From positions 12,374 to 76,373 of the forward strand of contig DASYRF010000092.1 of assembly GCA_036004705.1 (NCBI GenBank): a stretch of 64,000 nucleotides of DNA, in the 5' to 3' direction. This document shows, one piece after another, positions 63,136 through 64,000 of the stretch. The stretch is from Myxococcota bacterium (GTDB lineage: Bacteria > Myxococcota_A > Polyangia > DASYRF01). How positions within the stretch are numbered: the first letter of the stretch is position 1; each line of letters begins with the position of its first letter. The notes beneath the pieces are model-generated. The model was not told the DNA's origin, made no database searches, and saw only the letters and a program-made list of their open reading frames with translations. Both the position numbers and the translations under genes were made by a program.

Positions 63136-64000
63136 ATGGCTCAGCGCGTCCGGACCATCCTGTCAGCGCTGCTGGCGTGCGCGCTGGCGGCCCCCGCCAG
63201 CTCGTGCGGTGCCCGCGGCCCCTTCGGGAACCCGACCGTCATCGCCCTGACGATCGACTCGACGGCCGTCCGCGCCAGCGGGCGCTCGCTCGACCAGTTC
63301 TCCATCGTGCTGTCGACGGCCACGGAGGCGTACGATCCGCTGCTGGTGCCGGAGCTGGCGGGCGGCGAGCTGGGCGACACCGAGACGATGAACCTCATCG
63401 TCCCCGACAGCTGGGCCGACCAGGCCGTGACGATCGCCGTCGACGGCAACTACCTGATGATGTTCGTCGCTTCGGGCGACACGATGGTCACGCCCATCCT
63501 GCACGGCTCCGCCAACGCCACGGTGGTGCTGTCGAGCTGCGAGGCGGTGGACGGGCCGTTCTGCGACGACATGACGGGGGAGCTCGTCTCCTGCGACATG
63601 GCCCTCAACACCGTGCGCGAATTCTGCCCGTTCGGCTGCAACTCCGAGCAGCTGCGCTGCAACTCGTGCACGCCCAACACCACCGAGTGCAGCGCCGACG
63701 TGGTGCGCGTGTGCGACGAGAACGGCGTCATCACCTCCGAGAGCAACTGCAGCACGAGCAACCAGGTCTGCTTCATGGGCGCCTGCGTGGACTGCAACCC
63801 GGGAACCGTAGAGTGCCGCATCAACACCGACATGACCGGCACGATCGTCACGTGCGACATGGACGGGAACATCGTCGACTCGCTCCTGTGCCCGTACGCG
63901 TGCGACTCGAAAGCGGCGGCCTGTTTCGACTGCTTCGCCGGGATGACCCACTGCATCGGTCCCGACCTGGTCGACTGCGCGCTGGACGGCACCATCACCA
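63136..64000 (+). CDS. Cys-rich repeat lipoprotein, 3'-truncated by the window edge (not in the ORF track)
   Basis: ATG 63136 follows GAGGAG (63125-63130). My own translation is MAQRVRTILSALLACALAAPASSCGARGPF...CNSCTPNTTECSADVVRVCDENG...CVDCNPGTVECRIN...CFDCFAGMTHCIGPDLVDC. The frame is open to base 64000 and GC3 is high. The listed minus-strand ORFs here are shadows. Confidence 0.7.
   Translation, partial: MAQRVRTILSALLACALAAPASSCGARGPFGNPTVIALTIDSTAVRASGRSLDQFSIVLSTATEAYDPLLVPELAGGELGDTETMNLIVPDSWADQAVTIAVDGNYLMMFVASGDTMVTPILHGSANATVVLSSCEAVDGPFCDDMTGELVSCDMALNTVREFCPFGCNSEQLRCNSCTPNTTECSADVVRVCDENGVITSESNCSTSNQVCFMGACVDCNPGTVECRINTDMTGTIVTCDMDGNIVDSLLCPYACDSKAAACFDCFAGMTHCIGPDLVDCALDGTIT

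Overview
Very GC-rich (about 70% or more by eye), densely coding bacterial chromosomal DNA. Several hallmarks point to a myxobacterium (Myxococcota). These are a MYXO-CTERM-type sorting tail, a TIGR02265/DUF2378-like paralog, three ECF sigma factors, FHA/HD-GYP/GGDEF signalling proteins, and many Cys/Asp-rich secreted lipoproteins. I support about 58 protein-coding genes. I found no rRNA, tRNA, CRISPR array, transposase or integrase. About half of the ORF-track entries are Arg/Pro/Ala-rich shadow ORFs, antisense or out of frame, as expected at this GC content. Several real genes start well inside the listed ORF, and I re-derived those starts from RBS motifs, overlaps and homology. One real gene (63136 to the window end, + strand) is missing from the track because it has no stop inside the window. 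Main content, left to right: TetR plus an archaeal-type GAPDH homolog; an AhpE-like peroxiredoxin; a GGDEF protein plus an Mla-like operon whose ATPase has lost all catalytic motifs; a 9.7-kb co-directional cluster with two ECF sigma/anti-sigma pairs, two lspA and two lgt paralogues; an OM barrel plus IPT lipoprotein; an FHA histidine kinase; an orphan Dam-like methyltransferase; an HD-GYP response regulator; a Tat-exported TldD/PmbA pair; SCP2, cobalamin adenosyltransferase and crotonase genes; TetR plus a di-iron ferritin-like protein; two tandem giant paralogous lipoproteins built from CxDGxDNDxD modules; a fused 5-oxoprolinase; redox and hydrolase genes; a TetR-led operon for Cys-rich and MYXO-CTERM secreted proteins; a VIT-VWA protein translationally coupled to an ECF sigma; kynureninase; an RCK membrane protein; and a ParB-like protein. 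Recurrent non-genic signals: tandem duplications that contain the stop codon at three convergent gene junctions, a 716-bp ORF-free repeat-rich gap, and several -10-like boxes 7-9 nt upstream of start codons, which suggest leaderless mRNAs. All functional calls come from motif recognition by eye. No database search was run.
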